A DNA stretch of 64,000 bases from Octopus vulgaris (taxonomy: Eukaryota). The stretch is from positions 39,308,001 through 39,372,000 of the forward strand of contig OX597828.1 in NCBI GenBank assembly GCA_951406725.2, in the 5' to 3' direction. A model generated the notes under the pieces. The model saw nothing but the letters and a program-made list of their open reading frames with translations, did not search any database and was not told where the DNA came from. The stretch's first letter is position 1; each line of letters starts with the position of its first letter. Below, one piece after another: positions 12,145 to 24,960 of this stretch. Both the position numbers and the translations under genes were made by a program.

Positions 12145-12774
12145 GCATGTATACAGATACAAAGAAAGCCAAATGGTTATATGGAAATGTACAAACATAT
12201 GTACATGTTCATATTTAAGATGATCTAATTTTCTGTGAGCAATGTCAGATAATGACACAAGATATTAAAACATGGGTGAATAATATATCTATCTGATGTA
12301 GTCTTCAGTGTAATGCAGCTTACAACAAAACTGATCTGATCATAAGCTAAGCTAATTATATTATCGTTAATTAAATAAAAAAGCGAGACAAGTAACAGAT
12401 TTTGTTTTTTCCATTTCTTTTTTAGAAGATTACCAATTTACTGAATTATATACACAGCTTTCCATTATGGAATCCTGACAGAGCTTGTTCTTATCAAGAA
12501 AGCTATCTACTGACAGAGAATGTTCTTATCAGAAACACCATCTTTTCTGTGGTGCAAAAGTCAGGTGTATGTATGTGGCAGAAGAGTAGGTTTGAGTGCT
12601 TCAATGATAGCGACTTGCTAGAAATGACAGCAAAATCACCCTCATATCTCGATCTTTCATCTTGAAGATAGTGAAGATGTAGATAAATTGAGATGGGAGG
12701 GGCATGGCTGGAATTCTTTTGATTCTAGATCTGCTTGACTGAGGTTGACCTAGGACTGAGCAACAACATACATA

Positions 12775-12950
12775 GTCATAAGCAAGTGATGGTTGCTTCA
12801 CATCTAAAAATAATAGCTAAATTTCCCTTGTGTCAGTCCCTAATGTCTATTAAAAAAACAAAAGGAAGAACACATTGAATATTGTAGTCTTAGATAGACT
12901 ATAACTAAAAGAAATGGGGAAGAGTTATGGCTTGAATGCCTTTGATACAC
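12775..12950 (+). mobile_element. Repeat family E (probable SINE)
   Basis: Matches 50330-50530, 56170-56390 and reverse copies (aatagcagccaaatctccctcaaat...ggacacattggataatgtagtc). Confidence 0.55.
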
Positions 12951-13783
12951 AAGTATTTTCAATACAAACTTCTTCCTTCAAATAAAATGAAGAAGAGAAA
13001 CACAGACCAGGTCCATAATTACATGACAAGATTTCAATACTTAGTAATATAATACTATTACAAGATATGAAACGCGAATACAACAGTGTACATAGGCTTG
13101 TAATAACTGTAATGGCTATAATTGTCTCAGTCTCAATACAAGAAGTAAGATGACATCGTTTTCCAAACAAATGCAAATCAATTTATCTATCTATCCGACA
13201 GAGAAAGAGAGAGAGACAGAGGGAGAGAGACAAATAGACAAACAGAGAGAGAGAGAGTGAGACAAAGAGAGAGAGACAGACAGACAGACAGATAGACAGA
13301 GACACAGACAGATACACAGACACACATACACACAGAGTCAAGCATATACTGCTCAATATATGAAGTGGCTGGTGTCTGAAGGAAGACAACTTAGGATGAA
13401 GAGAATGTGACAACTTCTTCAATGTTGGTGCCACAACTCAATAAGCCCACCACACTCTGAGTGAAGTGGTTGATGTTAACAAATTATAAAGGAATTTATA
13501 CAAGCATATACACAAATGTATATAAATTTAATGGGGAAAAATAATGTGCAGTGTGTCTATGTATCTGTGTGTGTATGTGTATGTTTAAGTGCAAGCATAT
13601 ATGTGTTGTGTTTGTGTGCATATCTTTTACTGGTTACAATCATTGGACTGCAGCCATTCTGGAATACCACCTTCAAAGTGATAGTTGATCATACTGCCAC
13701 TAAGTTACAGGTTATAAAGGGACAAAAGACAAACAATGACATCTCTTTTTCTCAGACTGATGTAAACATAGAAACAGACACAG

Positions 13784-13837
<54 letters not shown>

Positions 13838-14502
13838 CTTAAATGTTTTCCACTGACCAAATTCCACTCACAAGGCAATTGATCAACCCAATGCCATGCA
13901 CTAGAGACAAACCCAGATCTACAGAGTTGCAAAATAAACTCCTTAACCACCACAGTGCCAGGCTTGCACTTTCCTCTTTCTACACACACACACACACACA
14001 AATGGTTTGATTCATATCTCCAGATCCTGTCAGTATCAAAAAAGAAAACAAAAACAAAAGGCATTAATGCAAGGAGAAAGTGTCTAAGTCTCAGAAAATC
14101 TTTAGTTTGTGTTCATTGGTGAATTGTCAGGATCCACTTGCATTGACAGTCAATCAGAGACACAAGCATAATACTGTGGTATCAATGTAACGCTTATACT
14201 TATTCAAAAACACACACATGCATGATAAGTTCCAATACAGACTCGAGGCAGACAGGTTCCACGAAAAAGTTTTCTAACAAAAATTATCAACTGAAAGGAT
14301 CTAAATATTATTCCATAATAGCATTCATAACCCACTGGGTGAGAAGATTACTTCATAATCACAAATCACATCCCTGTATCTTTATTGCTGTAGCTGATAG
14401 CTAAAATCTGGTGCAAACTGAAGATAAGGCAAATGTACTTATATGTATACATCATATATATATATATAATATACATATAAATGCATACACACATTAATAT
14501 AC

Positions 14503-14545
<43 letters not shown>

Positions 14546-15128
14546 CATACATATATATAAATATACATACGTATATATAAATACAAATACATATATACAT
14601 ACATGTAGATACACAAACATGGATGGATGGATGGGTGGGTAGATAGATAGATAGATAGATAATTTGCTCACACATTCACTTACTTACATACATAGCAAAC
14701 TTCATAGATATTAATATTATGCTTCTCATGTCTGAAGGCAGGTTTCCCAATATTCAAATTTGGATAATTCCTCTCTTTCTTTATGCTTATAACAAAAGAC
14801 TGCAACCATCTAATGCTCTCTCATACACTGTTGTTAATGTCTTGCTGTTTATGAGTAAATGGAAGATACTGTGTTAGACTAACCAACAAAATTATTCAAA
14901 ATTCATCTAAAATCGATTAATTCTAGTGGTGTGTGTCATACAACGAGATGTATGCCCCTAGCAAATCTACTCCAGGACAAGCTCTGATTACCAATTATAG
15001 CAATTTCATTTCACTTACACTACTAAAGTCCTAGAGAAAGGCATGACTGTCAAACAATCAGATTTTCCTTCTCGGATCTATAAGAAAAGAAATCACTAGA
15101 AATGATTAATGCAAGAGTACATACACTG

Positions 15129-15163
<35 letters not shown>

Positions 15164-15226
15164 ATATTACTTGCTTCAGTCATTGGACTGCAGCCATACT
15201 GTGACACTGCATTGAAAGGTTTAATC

Positions 15227-15778
15227 CAGAGTTTTTCAACCATTTATCAACCTATGAACCCATTTGATTCTTATTTTCCTCCAGTAGACCTGCAGAGCAA
15301 TTTGATGCTTAAAAAATCCTATTTATTTTTATAATTAAATGTTATTAGGAACTGTATTAAAAAATTGTTCAAATAATTTGTGTATTGTACAACCATAACG
15401 GTGGAGACACATGGCCTAGTGGTGAGAGCAGCGGACTCGCAGTTGAGGGATCGTGGGTTCGAATCTAAGACCGGGCGATGTGTGTGTTGATGAGCGAAAA
15501 ACACCTAAGCTCCACGCGACTCCGGCAGAAGGTAATGGTGAACTTCTGACTCTTTCGCCACAACTTTCTCTCACTCTTTCCTCCAGCATCTTGCAGCTCA
15601 CCTGCAATGGACTGGTGTTCCATCCAGGTGGGGAACCTATACGCCAAGGAAACTGGGAAACCGGCCCTTATGAGGCTTGATAAGGAACAACAACAACTAA
15701 TTTATTGCATATAAATTTTATCAACAAAATCTTATATGGACTCTCAAGGACCATATAGACCCTGGTTAAGGATCACAG
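15227..15778. mobile_element. hAT (Charlie-like) MITE inserted in a SINE B and interrupted by SINE C
   Basis: Degenerate TIRs cagagtttttcaacc / ggttaaggatcacag; degenerate 8-bp TSD gtttaatc/gtcttgtc. SINE B sequence resumes on both sides (15167-15226, 15779-16030). Confidence 0.65.
15401..15697 (+). mobile_element. tRNA-derived SINE, family C, (AAC)n tail
   Basis: A box tggcctagtgg, B box ggttcgaatct; body shared with 32706 and 61545 copies. Confidence 0.88.
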
Positions 15779-17531
15779 GTCTTGTCGAACAAATCAACCT
15801 TAGTGCTTATTATGTAAGTGTTGATTCTAGTGGTCTCTTTTGTTAAACCACTAAGTTGTAGGTATGTAAACAAACCAACACCAGTTGTCAACCAGTGCTG
15901 GTGCAAACACATACAAACACACACACTCAATGGACTGCCACAGTTTCCATTTATTAAATTTACTCACAAAGTATAGGTCAACCCAGGGCTATAGTAGAAG
16001 ACATTTGCCCTGGCATTGAACCCAAAAACCAGGTGTGTGTGTGTGTGAATGTGTGCGTGTACATATATACATGGATACAAATAGTTAAATCAAAAGTTTG
16101 AATAACCAATTCTAAAAAGTTTTGCAGACTTCTCAATGTAAAGTGATACAAGTCATACAAAAAAGGAAAAAGAGAAACAGGTCAAACTGTCAGATCAATG
16201 GAACAAATCTATCAATTGCCAGGCAACAGTGTTATCAATTAACTTGTTCATAATCTTCCAAACTATTTTCAGTCGTTGTAAGATATAATGGTTAACTGGT
16301 TACATAATGAACTACTACTCTAAACATCACCAACAGAAACCCTAATATTGGCATTACATTGGTCATTGTGGGCAAAGTGGCATAATTACTTTGATGGGTG
16401 GACACTGCTCATAATCCTTTTCTGAACCTCCAAGATTGGTGGGAAGGAATGAGTCAGGTACCCTCAAATCAGGAATTTGATCCAAATGCATCAGAGTGAC
16501 CTCTGTTAAAAACACCTTAGGACCATATGGTGTTGTTCTACTAGGTCACAGATTAAGTTTACCACTCAAGCAGGCCATAGTAGAATTTGAACTCAGAACT
16601 TAAAGAACCAAATGAAATACCATCAGGCATAACATTCAGTGCTCTGAAAATTCTGCCAGTCTGTTGTCCAAGACTCCTTCTTATTTACTGACCCCAGAAA
16701 GATCAAAGGCAAAATTGACTCTGCAAGAATTTGACCTCAGGACACATAGGGATGCAACAAATTACTGCAAGACATTTCATTCGGCACTCTAACAACTCTT
16801 GCTGCGATGGTGGCATGAACATCACAACATCATTCACAGTAACCACTTCACAATTCATGCTTTCTATCATATGATTAACAACTATAAAGTATGCATATAG
16901 CCAGAACACAATTATTCTTCAAGTCTAATTAAGAGTTTTTAGCCCCAAAAACTGTTATTTCAGTAGTTTATGCAAATATTGAAAATTTGAACAATCTTTT
17001 AACCCAAAATAGCATGTGAAAAAAAAAACCCTACAAAACATAATAAACTGAGGGAAAATAGTTGAAAAATATTAAAAAATTCCTTTTATAATCTTTTCTC
17101 TCTCTCTCTCTCATACACACACACAAATAAAAATGTCTGCATGTCATCAATTTAGAAAGAATTTTAATAGAATCTGGTTTCAACTAGCATTTCATTTCAT
17201 TTGAACTTGTATGAAAACATTTAGTAATGTCACTGTTTATTTTGTATGAAATGTAATGGTTCTGGCACAGATAACAGATCCAGACTAGATACTTTATGAT
17301 ATGTAACCCCTCCACCACCACCACCACCACCACACATTTTACTTCTTTTTCTCTTCAATATTTTTATCTATTTATTTAACATTCTTGTTATGAGTGAAAA
17401 GGCTTTGTAAATTTAAACATTTTAAAAATATTTATTCTGTTTCAAATTTCATGAGGGCCAACATTTTCTTTCATCTCTACAGCACCTGTTAAAATAAGCA
17501 TCATTAAGATAACCTGAGAGATTTATTTATT

Positions 17532-18205
17532 TACATTCTGAGTTCAAATTTGTCTTTCATCTTTTAGGGTTAATTAAATAAATAGCAGTCAAGTTCTGGG
17601 GTCAATACAATTGACTGGCCCCCATCCCACGAATTTCAGGCCTTGTGCCTATAACAGAAAGAATTATTATTATTATTATTATTATTATTGTTGGCTGAAT
17701 AGGTAGCATGCTGGGCAAAATGCTGAGCAGTATTTCTTCTGTTGCTACATTCTGAGTTCAAATATTGCTAAGGCCGACTTTGCTTTTCATCCTTTCAAGT
17801 TCAATAGATTAAGTACCAGTCAAGTACTGGGGTTGATGTAATTGACTTTCCCCCTCCCCCAAAATTTCAGGCTTTGTGCCGTCAACAGAAAGGATTATTA
17901 TTATTATTATTATTACTGTTAAGGTGGCATGCTGGCAGAATTGTTAGCACACCAGCCAAAATGCTTAGCAGTATTTCGTCCGTCTTTGCATTTCTGAGTT
18001 CAAATTCTGCCAAGGTCAACTTTGCCTGTCATCATTTTGGGACCAATTAAATAAGTACCAGTGGAGCACTGGGGTCGATGTAATCAACTTAAACCCTCCC
18101 CATAAATTTCAGGCTTTGTTCCTATAGTAGAAAGGATTATTATTATTATTATCATTATTATTATTATTAAGGTAATTCTCCCAAGGTTGACTTTGCCTTT
18201 CATCC
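17532..18205 (+). mobile_element. Head-to-tail cluster of SINE family A2 copies with (ATT)n tails
   Basis: Copies at about 17532-17689, 17690-17915 and 17920-18168, plus a fragment at 18169-18205. Confidence 0.85.
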
Positions 18206-18209
18206 AACT

Positions 18210-18840
18210 CCTAAACGAAGAAACTTATGATGCTGTTAATGCTCCTTTTGAACCATTACAAATCCACATTTGTAGGAAAGACATGAACAGAAATAGAGTT
18301 CCAGGGAAACGATTTTCATAGATGGAAGGATTGGGCAGAATGTGATTGGATACAAGATAGGCAATGAGAAGAGGAGGGCTGAGTGAGTCTGGAATACCTA
18401 AGCGGGGGTGACATGAGACCAGTTAATTCTGAAGAGTAGAGATGATTATAGTTGCAGTAGAAAAGGCGACAGGTGACACATCTATAAACTAAAAGCTGGA
18501 CTGTATCTTTATTGCAATCAGTTGGGTGGTTCTTTTGTGACTGTAGTCTTTGGGTGTCAGTGTTCACAAGAGCAGTACCATTCCAGATGTGATAGCAATA
18601 CTTCGTCGTGAGTCTTATCTGATCTTTGGAAAGGTTCGGTAACCATTGAGAGCTAAAGTATCTTCTGAAGAGAAGAGTCCCTTATTGGGACGCTTGTCTA
18701 GGATTGGTGTCACTAAAAAGGAGATCCTCGGTGATAGCCAGGCCCAGTATTTAGAGTAATCATTCAAAAGGAGAAAAGCTGTCCTAGGGGCAGTTGGAGT
18801 GGTAGAAAGAAAACGTAGAAGTTGATCCAATAGAATACAT
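18210..18840 (-). mobile_element. Decayed CR1/L2-group LINE 3' ORF2 fragment
   Basis: Frameshifted peptide LFYCNYNHLYSSELTGLMSPPLRYSRLT...HSAQSF resembles C-termini of CR1/L2-group ORF2. Confidence 0.6.
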
Positions 18841-19456
18841 CTTTATGTTTATATTTTTAACGAAGAAGGGTGGGGCTTGAGCCTAGGCTAAAGAATCGGT
18901 GAATTACTTTGCGTAACCATTTATATTTAACTTGCGTGCTGCTATTTAAAGAACAAATATCAAATTAGTTAACAGATATGAATGTCAACAAATTAACTAA
19001 TTTTGGTTATCTTTTTCAGAAATTTCACTATTTACATATGAAAGACAGCCAAACAAAGTTTTAATTCCTCACTGACGAAACATCCCCCACCACACACACA
19101 TCAAGTTCAAGTAATTAAAAATTTTAGTCATGGTTCCCAGGGCTTCCATCATAAGTGGGACTATTAGAAGTCGCAATTCATGGCTCAAGTTGAAAACCAC
19201 ATCAGGGCTCCATACATTTGAGTGTGGTGACAGGGGAAACTATCTAAACAAATGCAGGTATGGTTATGTGGTTAAGATATTTATTTTTTAACCACATGGT
19301 TCTGGGTTTGTTTGATCTCACTACAGGCACATTGGGTTCTGGTACAGACTTGAGTTGACAAATGCTTTGAGTACAAATTTGGCAAGCAGAAACTCTGTGG
19401 AAGCCTGCTGAGTGTTTGATTTATATGTCTGTGTCTACCCTTCATTAATGTATATA

Positions 19457-19831
19457 GGCGTAGGAGTGGCTGTGTGGTAAGTAGCTTGCTTACCAACCAC
19501 ATGGTTCTGGGTTCAGTCCCACTGCGTGGCACTTTGGGCAAGAGTCTTCTACTATAGCCTCGGGCTGACCAAAGCCTTGTGAGTGGATTTGGTAGACGAA
19601 AACTGAAAGAAGCCCGTCGTATATATGTATGTGTGTGTATATGTTTGTCCCCCCAACATCGCTTGACAACCAATGCTGGTGTGTTTACGTCCCCGTAACT
19701 TAGCGGTTTGGCAAAAGAGACCGATAGAATAAGTACTAGGCTTACAAAGAATAAGTCCTTGGGTCAATCTGCTTGACTAAAGGTGGTGCTCCAGCATGGC
19801 CACAATCAAATGACTGAAACAAGTAAAAGAG
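19457..19831 (+). mobile_element. SINE family B, full length near-consensus; an older B head lies upstream at 19253-19440
   Basis: ggcgtaggagtggctgtgtggtaag (A box), gggttcagtccc (B box), tail gactgaaacaagtaaaagag. Confidence 0.93.
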
Positions 19832-19849
19832 TATCAGAAAGTCTCAGTT

Positions 19850-20790
19850 TGCTAATAGCATCTCAGAATCTCTGTACATTGCTGACAGTATCACTGTGCA
19901 AGCTATGTGAGTGTTCAAGGAGGGATTCAGAGTGCAGGTAAGTGTCCATCAGGGATCAGTTTTCACCCCATTTGTTTATGATTTTCCATGCTACAACAGA
20001 GGAGTTTAAAACTAATTGCAAAATGTAAACTGAAGGCCTGAAAATAAAGTTTTAGCAGGAAAAAATCCAGATCTCTGTTGCCATCAGGACGTGACTATAC
20101 TCAAAGTACAGAAAAAGGAAAGAATAGGAATTCATACAGTGCAAAACTATGGGTGCACAACAGTGGGATCACTAGCAAGCTGACAGAGAAGGAAGACTTT
20201 ATATGTGGAAGGATAATAGTTCACAGCAACAGCAACTGTGAAATAAATTCTTTCAAATGTTTCTCTATAGAGGTAGTCACCAGCTTCTTTTACCAAGGTA
20301 ACCTAATAAGCAGATGGGTAAGTGCACTGAGGGGATTATAGCCAGAGTAAGAACAGTGGAGAAAAAGTTCAGAGAGCTGTGTTCCCTTTACTGACAACAA
20401 GGGAATTCTCTCTATCAGTGAACAGCAGCTTGCATGATGGTTATATGAAGCATTATGTTGCATGGTAGTGAAACATGTACATTGAATACACAGAGTGTGA
20501 AGGCTGCAAACAAAAACCAAAGTAACACATGTGTAATGTTAATGTATATAAATGATAGAGCACAAAGGAGTTGAGAGAAAAAACTAGCTACAAGAGGATT
20601 CAGGTGATAGATGTATAATGGTATTGCAGATGATAATTTAGCAAAAGAGCATCAGAAGATCCAGGTAGAATGTAGAGAAAAATCTCAAAATGCTGGTTAG
20701 GCAATGACTAATGACCACAAGAGGCAAAGCATTGTGTTGGTGAAAAACCTATACAACCCATGCAAACAGGAAAAATTGAATGATGATGAT
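19850..20790 (+). mobile_element. Highly decayed RTE LINE (RT to 3' end)
   Basis: ttcagagtgcaggtaagtgtccatcagggatcagtt encodes FRVQVSVHQGSV (RT motif); later colinear with 44180-44810; ends in the family D tail gatgatgatg. Confidence 0.7.
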
Positions 20791-20900
20791 GTAACTATCA
20801 GTAACAATACATAAATAAATAAAATCCAGTAAGTTCAAAACAAAAATACTTTTGCAATATTTATTCCATCTGAGTTTCACAGACACTCCTTCATCACTCT

Positions 20901-21132
20901 TATATCTTGACTGCCCACAAGGGGCTACACACAGGGGACAAACAAGGACAGACAAACGGATTAAGTCGATTATATCGACCCCAATGCATAACCGGTACTT
21001 ATTTAATCGACCCCAAAAGGATGAAAGGCAAAGTCGGCCTCGGTGGAATTTGAACTCAGAACGTAGTGGCAGATGAAATACTGCTAAGCATTTCGCTTGG
21101 CATGCTAACATTTCTGCCAGCTCGCCGCCCTT
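20901..21132 (-). mobile_element. SINE family A with perfect 16-bp TSD
   Basis: actccttcatcactct at 20885-20900 and 21133-21148. Confidence 0.93.
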
Positions 21133-21889
21133 ACTCCTTCATCACTCTTGTTATCATAAATGCAGTAAATCACCAACTGGAATGCTAGAATTCTGTCACT
21201 AATCATGTTCTCTAAATGTGTGATATTAGAAGGTAAAAATGGAGTTGATTCTAAAATTTACAGTGATTAACAAATCCTTTGAACCCGACTCACATTTGAA
21301 GCAACCCAACTGTAACTTTGTAACAGTATTTAAGTAAACTTATTTAACTAAGCTTAGCACCTCAATCAACACCGCAAGCTTGCCACAAACACACACAAAA
21401 CTACAATTCCCACACAAATACACTCCAATAAAACCCACTCCTTTACACACTGCTAACTCCATAATTTATAACTGAGGTGTCAAAATAAATTTTCTGTGGC
21501 ATTTTTGACATGACAAGTTTGAGTAAATTATTTACTTTTGTCTTAAATATCTGGCTGAAACCAAGTCTACACAAGAATTTCTTTTTACTGCTGTCCTTTC
21601 TTCTAAACTAGAACCAATTAGGTCAAGTATAGAAACTTTTTTGGTCAATGATTTAAGGTTGCAAGTTACAGACAATCTAAATTTGGTTGTTCTTAACTCC
21701 AGGCCAAGTTTGATGCAGCAGACTTGTGATCAGTGACATTCTAACTAAAACCACCCTGTCTATTCTTTTAAAGCATAGTGCATTTAGGACTACACTTAAA
21801 CATCTCTTTTTCTTTTTAAAGATGGTAGGATTGGATTTGAGGGAGATTTAGTGTATCAAGTAAAGGGTTAGGGTTACATATATATATTT

Positions 21890-22033
21890 TAGGGTATCTA
21901 AGATATACCACCATGCTTGAAATAGCAGCCAAAACTTGACTCTAAAACCACATTAAAAGTTCATACAGCACCTGGTTTTAGAGTCAAGTTTTGGCTGCTA
22001 TTTCAAGCACGGTGGTATCTCTTAGATACCCTA
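21890..22033. repeat. Near-perfect inverted repeat, 61-bp arms, 22-nt loop
   Basis: 21890-21950 versus reverse complement of 21973-22033: 2 mismatches. Confidence 0.95.
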
Positions 22034-22799
22034 TTTTTTATTATTTTTAAAGGCACAATAAATCTAAAATTGTATAAATCTAGTTCTCCTTCTATATGAT
22101 GATAGAATTTAATTTGACAGAGATTCCTACAAGACCAAGCAACCACAGAGAATCTCTCATTAGTTATGCTACTGTTTAGCCATAAGTCAGTCCTGACCCA
22201 GCAGATCGATGATGAAATACTTTCAGATTGAGAGTAATTTCTCTTTCTTTTAGACAGCATCTTCACAACTACATCATCCAAAGTGGCTTTCCATTTTTCT
22301 TAAGATTGTAAAGAATAATTTAAGAGATTTGGCTGCAGTTTTTAGCAAGTAAAGAGTAAAGTGACCATGTAAATTCACCCCATCTTCACCCTAGGACTTA
22401 AGCTAAATTAGTTTAACTAATAACCATCAACTGTCTCTGACATTATCAACATCTTTCACTGATGATTACCGAATGGGAATATAGACTATGATATCTATAA
22501 CTTTCGCGAGACTATTTTGTAATGTAAGAAAAATAAAAAAAAAAGGCAACAATCAAGAATTGAAACCTAATCACAGGCTTAGTTAATGAAGAGCTTAACT
22601 TTTCTTGCCAATCAGCAGTCACCATTTAATGACTATTATCTAATTATAATTTTCTTATCTCTTCAGGTGTAAAAAAAAAAAAAAAAAAAAAAAAACGTCA
22701 CTTGCTTTCACTAACTGTTTTAGGTGCCTGTGGAGTCACAAGTAGACAGATACCTTTTTTAACCCTCCCACCTTTGATCTAGTAGAACATCCAGGATGT

Positions 22800-22985
22800 G
22801 ACAGTGGAAGGGAGAGATAGAGATGTGTCGGCACTTGGCTGCTACTCATTTTCAGCCGAGTGAATTGGAGCAATGAGAAATGAAGTGTCTTGCTCAAGGA
22901 CACAACACATCACCTGCTCCAAGAACTGAACTAGTAACTTTATAATTCTAAGCCTGATACCCTAAATCACTAGGCTGTACACCAT
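22800..22985 (-). mobile_element. Old tRNA/CORE-like SINE
   Basis: gtgttgtgtccttgagcaagacacttcattt, as in 52689-53022 and 8640-8800. Confidence 0.6.
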
Positions 22986-23392
22986 TTTAGTAAAGCAGGT
23001 GAAATGAGAGACCATAGTAAAGAACCTGTTGAAAAATACAACCCACACACACACACACACAAAACCACACAAATATACAAAAAAAAACACACAAATACAT
23101 AAGAGTTAATTTTGCTAAGAGGCTCAAATAATCACCAAATCTAATTAAACAAATCAAATACGATGGTTAATTAAGCCAATGCTTTACATGTTAAGCACAC
23201 ACACACTGTGCATGATACATTAAATTAAGATTATCAAAGATAGATGATAATCATCAAAAACTACACAGTTTAGTAAATGCTTAGTGTAAAAGCTGAATTC
23301 ACCAATTTAATCTTTTTCTTTTTTTTTTTTAATTCCATTAATGTTTCCTTGGTTAAAATTATTTGTTGCTTATAATCCTTTCAAACAGCAAG

Positions 23393-23394
23393 GG

Positions 23395-23425
<31 letters not shown>

Positions 23426-23752
23426 ATGTGTGTGAGTGCATGGTGTGTGTGTGTGTGCATGGTGTGTGTGTGTGCATGGTGTGTGTGTGTGCATGGTGTG
23501 TGTGTGTGTGTGTGTGTTTGAGTGTGTGCATGAGTGTGTGCATGAGTGTGTGTGAGTGTGTGCATGAGTGTGTGTGTGTGTGTGTGTGCATGAGTGTGTG
23601 TGTGTGTGTGTGTGTGCATGAGTGTGTGTGTGTGTGTGTGCATGAGTGTGTGTGCGTGCATGAGTGTGTGTATGAGTGTGTGTGTGTGTGCGTGCATGAG
23701 TGTGTGTGTGCGTGCTTGAGTGTGAGTGAGTATGTGTGTGTGTGCATGTGTG
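23393..23752 (+). repeat. Compound microsatellite (GA)n then (GT)n punctuated by GCATG(A/G)
   Basis: Seen directly; source of the His/Thr and Cys/Val ORFs. Confidence 0.95.
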
Positions 23753-24339
23753 AGGGAAACAGTAAGAAAGAAATTGATGTGTAGGTATACAGGATGTGAA
23801 CACATCTTTCAAAAGTCTATAAATGGAAGACAATGTAATGTTACAGAGCACACTCCAAGTTTTAACTTTATTCTCTTCCAGATGTATCAACAGAATCAAC
23901 ACAGCAAACTCCAGTCTAACAAAGGAAATAAAAAAAAGGCGTGTCATGCTTGTAACTCTGGCTGCCAACAATAGCAAACTTGTAAAATTATCAGCTTCTT
24001 CAAGACAGCTGGGTCCTTTGTGTTCAAGGTCAGGAAACAGCTGGAAGCCTCTGAGGAAGATGTGTCATCAGTAACAAGAAAGAAAGAATCAAACATTTCC
24101 AGTCAGACATCACTAGGAGGGACGAGCTTGTTCAGGAGATCTGGGGCATCAACAACAATTCCAGCAGATCAATGAGGGACATTGCTGAGCAGCTCAAGTT
24201 TGCAGACTCCACTGTCAGACATCTAGTACACAAGGACATGAAATTACAAGCCTTACATGATGAGAAGATGGCAGTTCATATCTAACAAGACCTGGGATAA
24301 CTATGTCATCATGAGACACCCAGTTCAGTATCACAGGGC

Positions 24340-24960
24340 TCTTTTACTCTTACTTGTTTCAGTCATTTGACTGTGGCCATGCTGGAGCACCGCCTTTAGT
24401 CGAGCAAATCGACCCCGGGACTTATTCTTTGTAAGCCCAGTACTTATTCTATCGGTCTAAAGGCGGCGAGCTGGCAGAAACGTTAGCACGCCGGGCGAAA
24501 TGCTTAACGATATTTCGTCTGCCGTTACGTTCTGAGTTCAAATTCCGCCGAGGTCCACTTTGCCTTTCATCCTTTCGGGGTCGATAAATTAAGTACCAGT
24601 TACACACTGGGATCGATGTAATCGGCTTAATCCCTTTGTCTGTCCTTGTTTGTCCCCTCTGTGTTTAGCCCCTTGTGGGTAGTAAAGCAATATATTCTAT
24701 CGGTCTCTTTTGCCGAACTGCTAAGTGACGGAGACGTAAACACACCAGCATCGGTTGTCAAGCAATGCTAGGGGGACAAACACAAACACACACACACATA
24801 TATATATACATATATACGACAGGCTTCTTTCAGTTTCCATCTACCAAATCCACTCACAAGGCATTGGTCAGCCCAGGCCTCTAGCAGAAGACACTTGCCC
24901 AAGATGCCACACAGTGGGACTGAACCCGGAACCATGTGGTTGGTTAGCAAGCTACTTACC
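24340..24960 (-). mobile_element. SINE family B, host of a SINE A insertion
   Basis: Family B sequence on both sides of 24459-24692. Confidence 0.92.
24459..24692 (+). mobile_element. SINE family A with perfect 14-bp TSD
   Basis: tattctatcggtct at 24445-24458 and 24693-24706. Confidence 0.95.

Noticed and set aside
15401-15475. tRNA-like sequences (also 32706, 52689, 61745-61817, 61865-61936)
   Set aside because: A and B boxes are present, but acceptor stems do not pair and they continue into SINE bodies or simple-repeat tails.
21865-21876. Telomeric gggttagggtta
   Set aside because: Only two units; expected by chance and resembles the MITE terminus aaagggttaa.
23341-23977. Long His/Thr- and Cys/Val-rich ORFs (also 9733-10001, 10437-10883, 14366-14675, 43786-44008)
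   Set aside because: Translations of (CA)n/(TG)n/(TA)n microsatellites, open in several frames; not metal-binding proteins.
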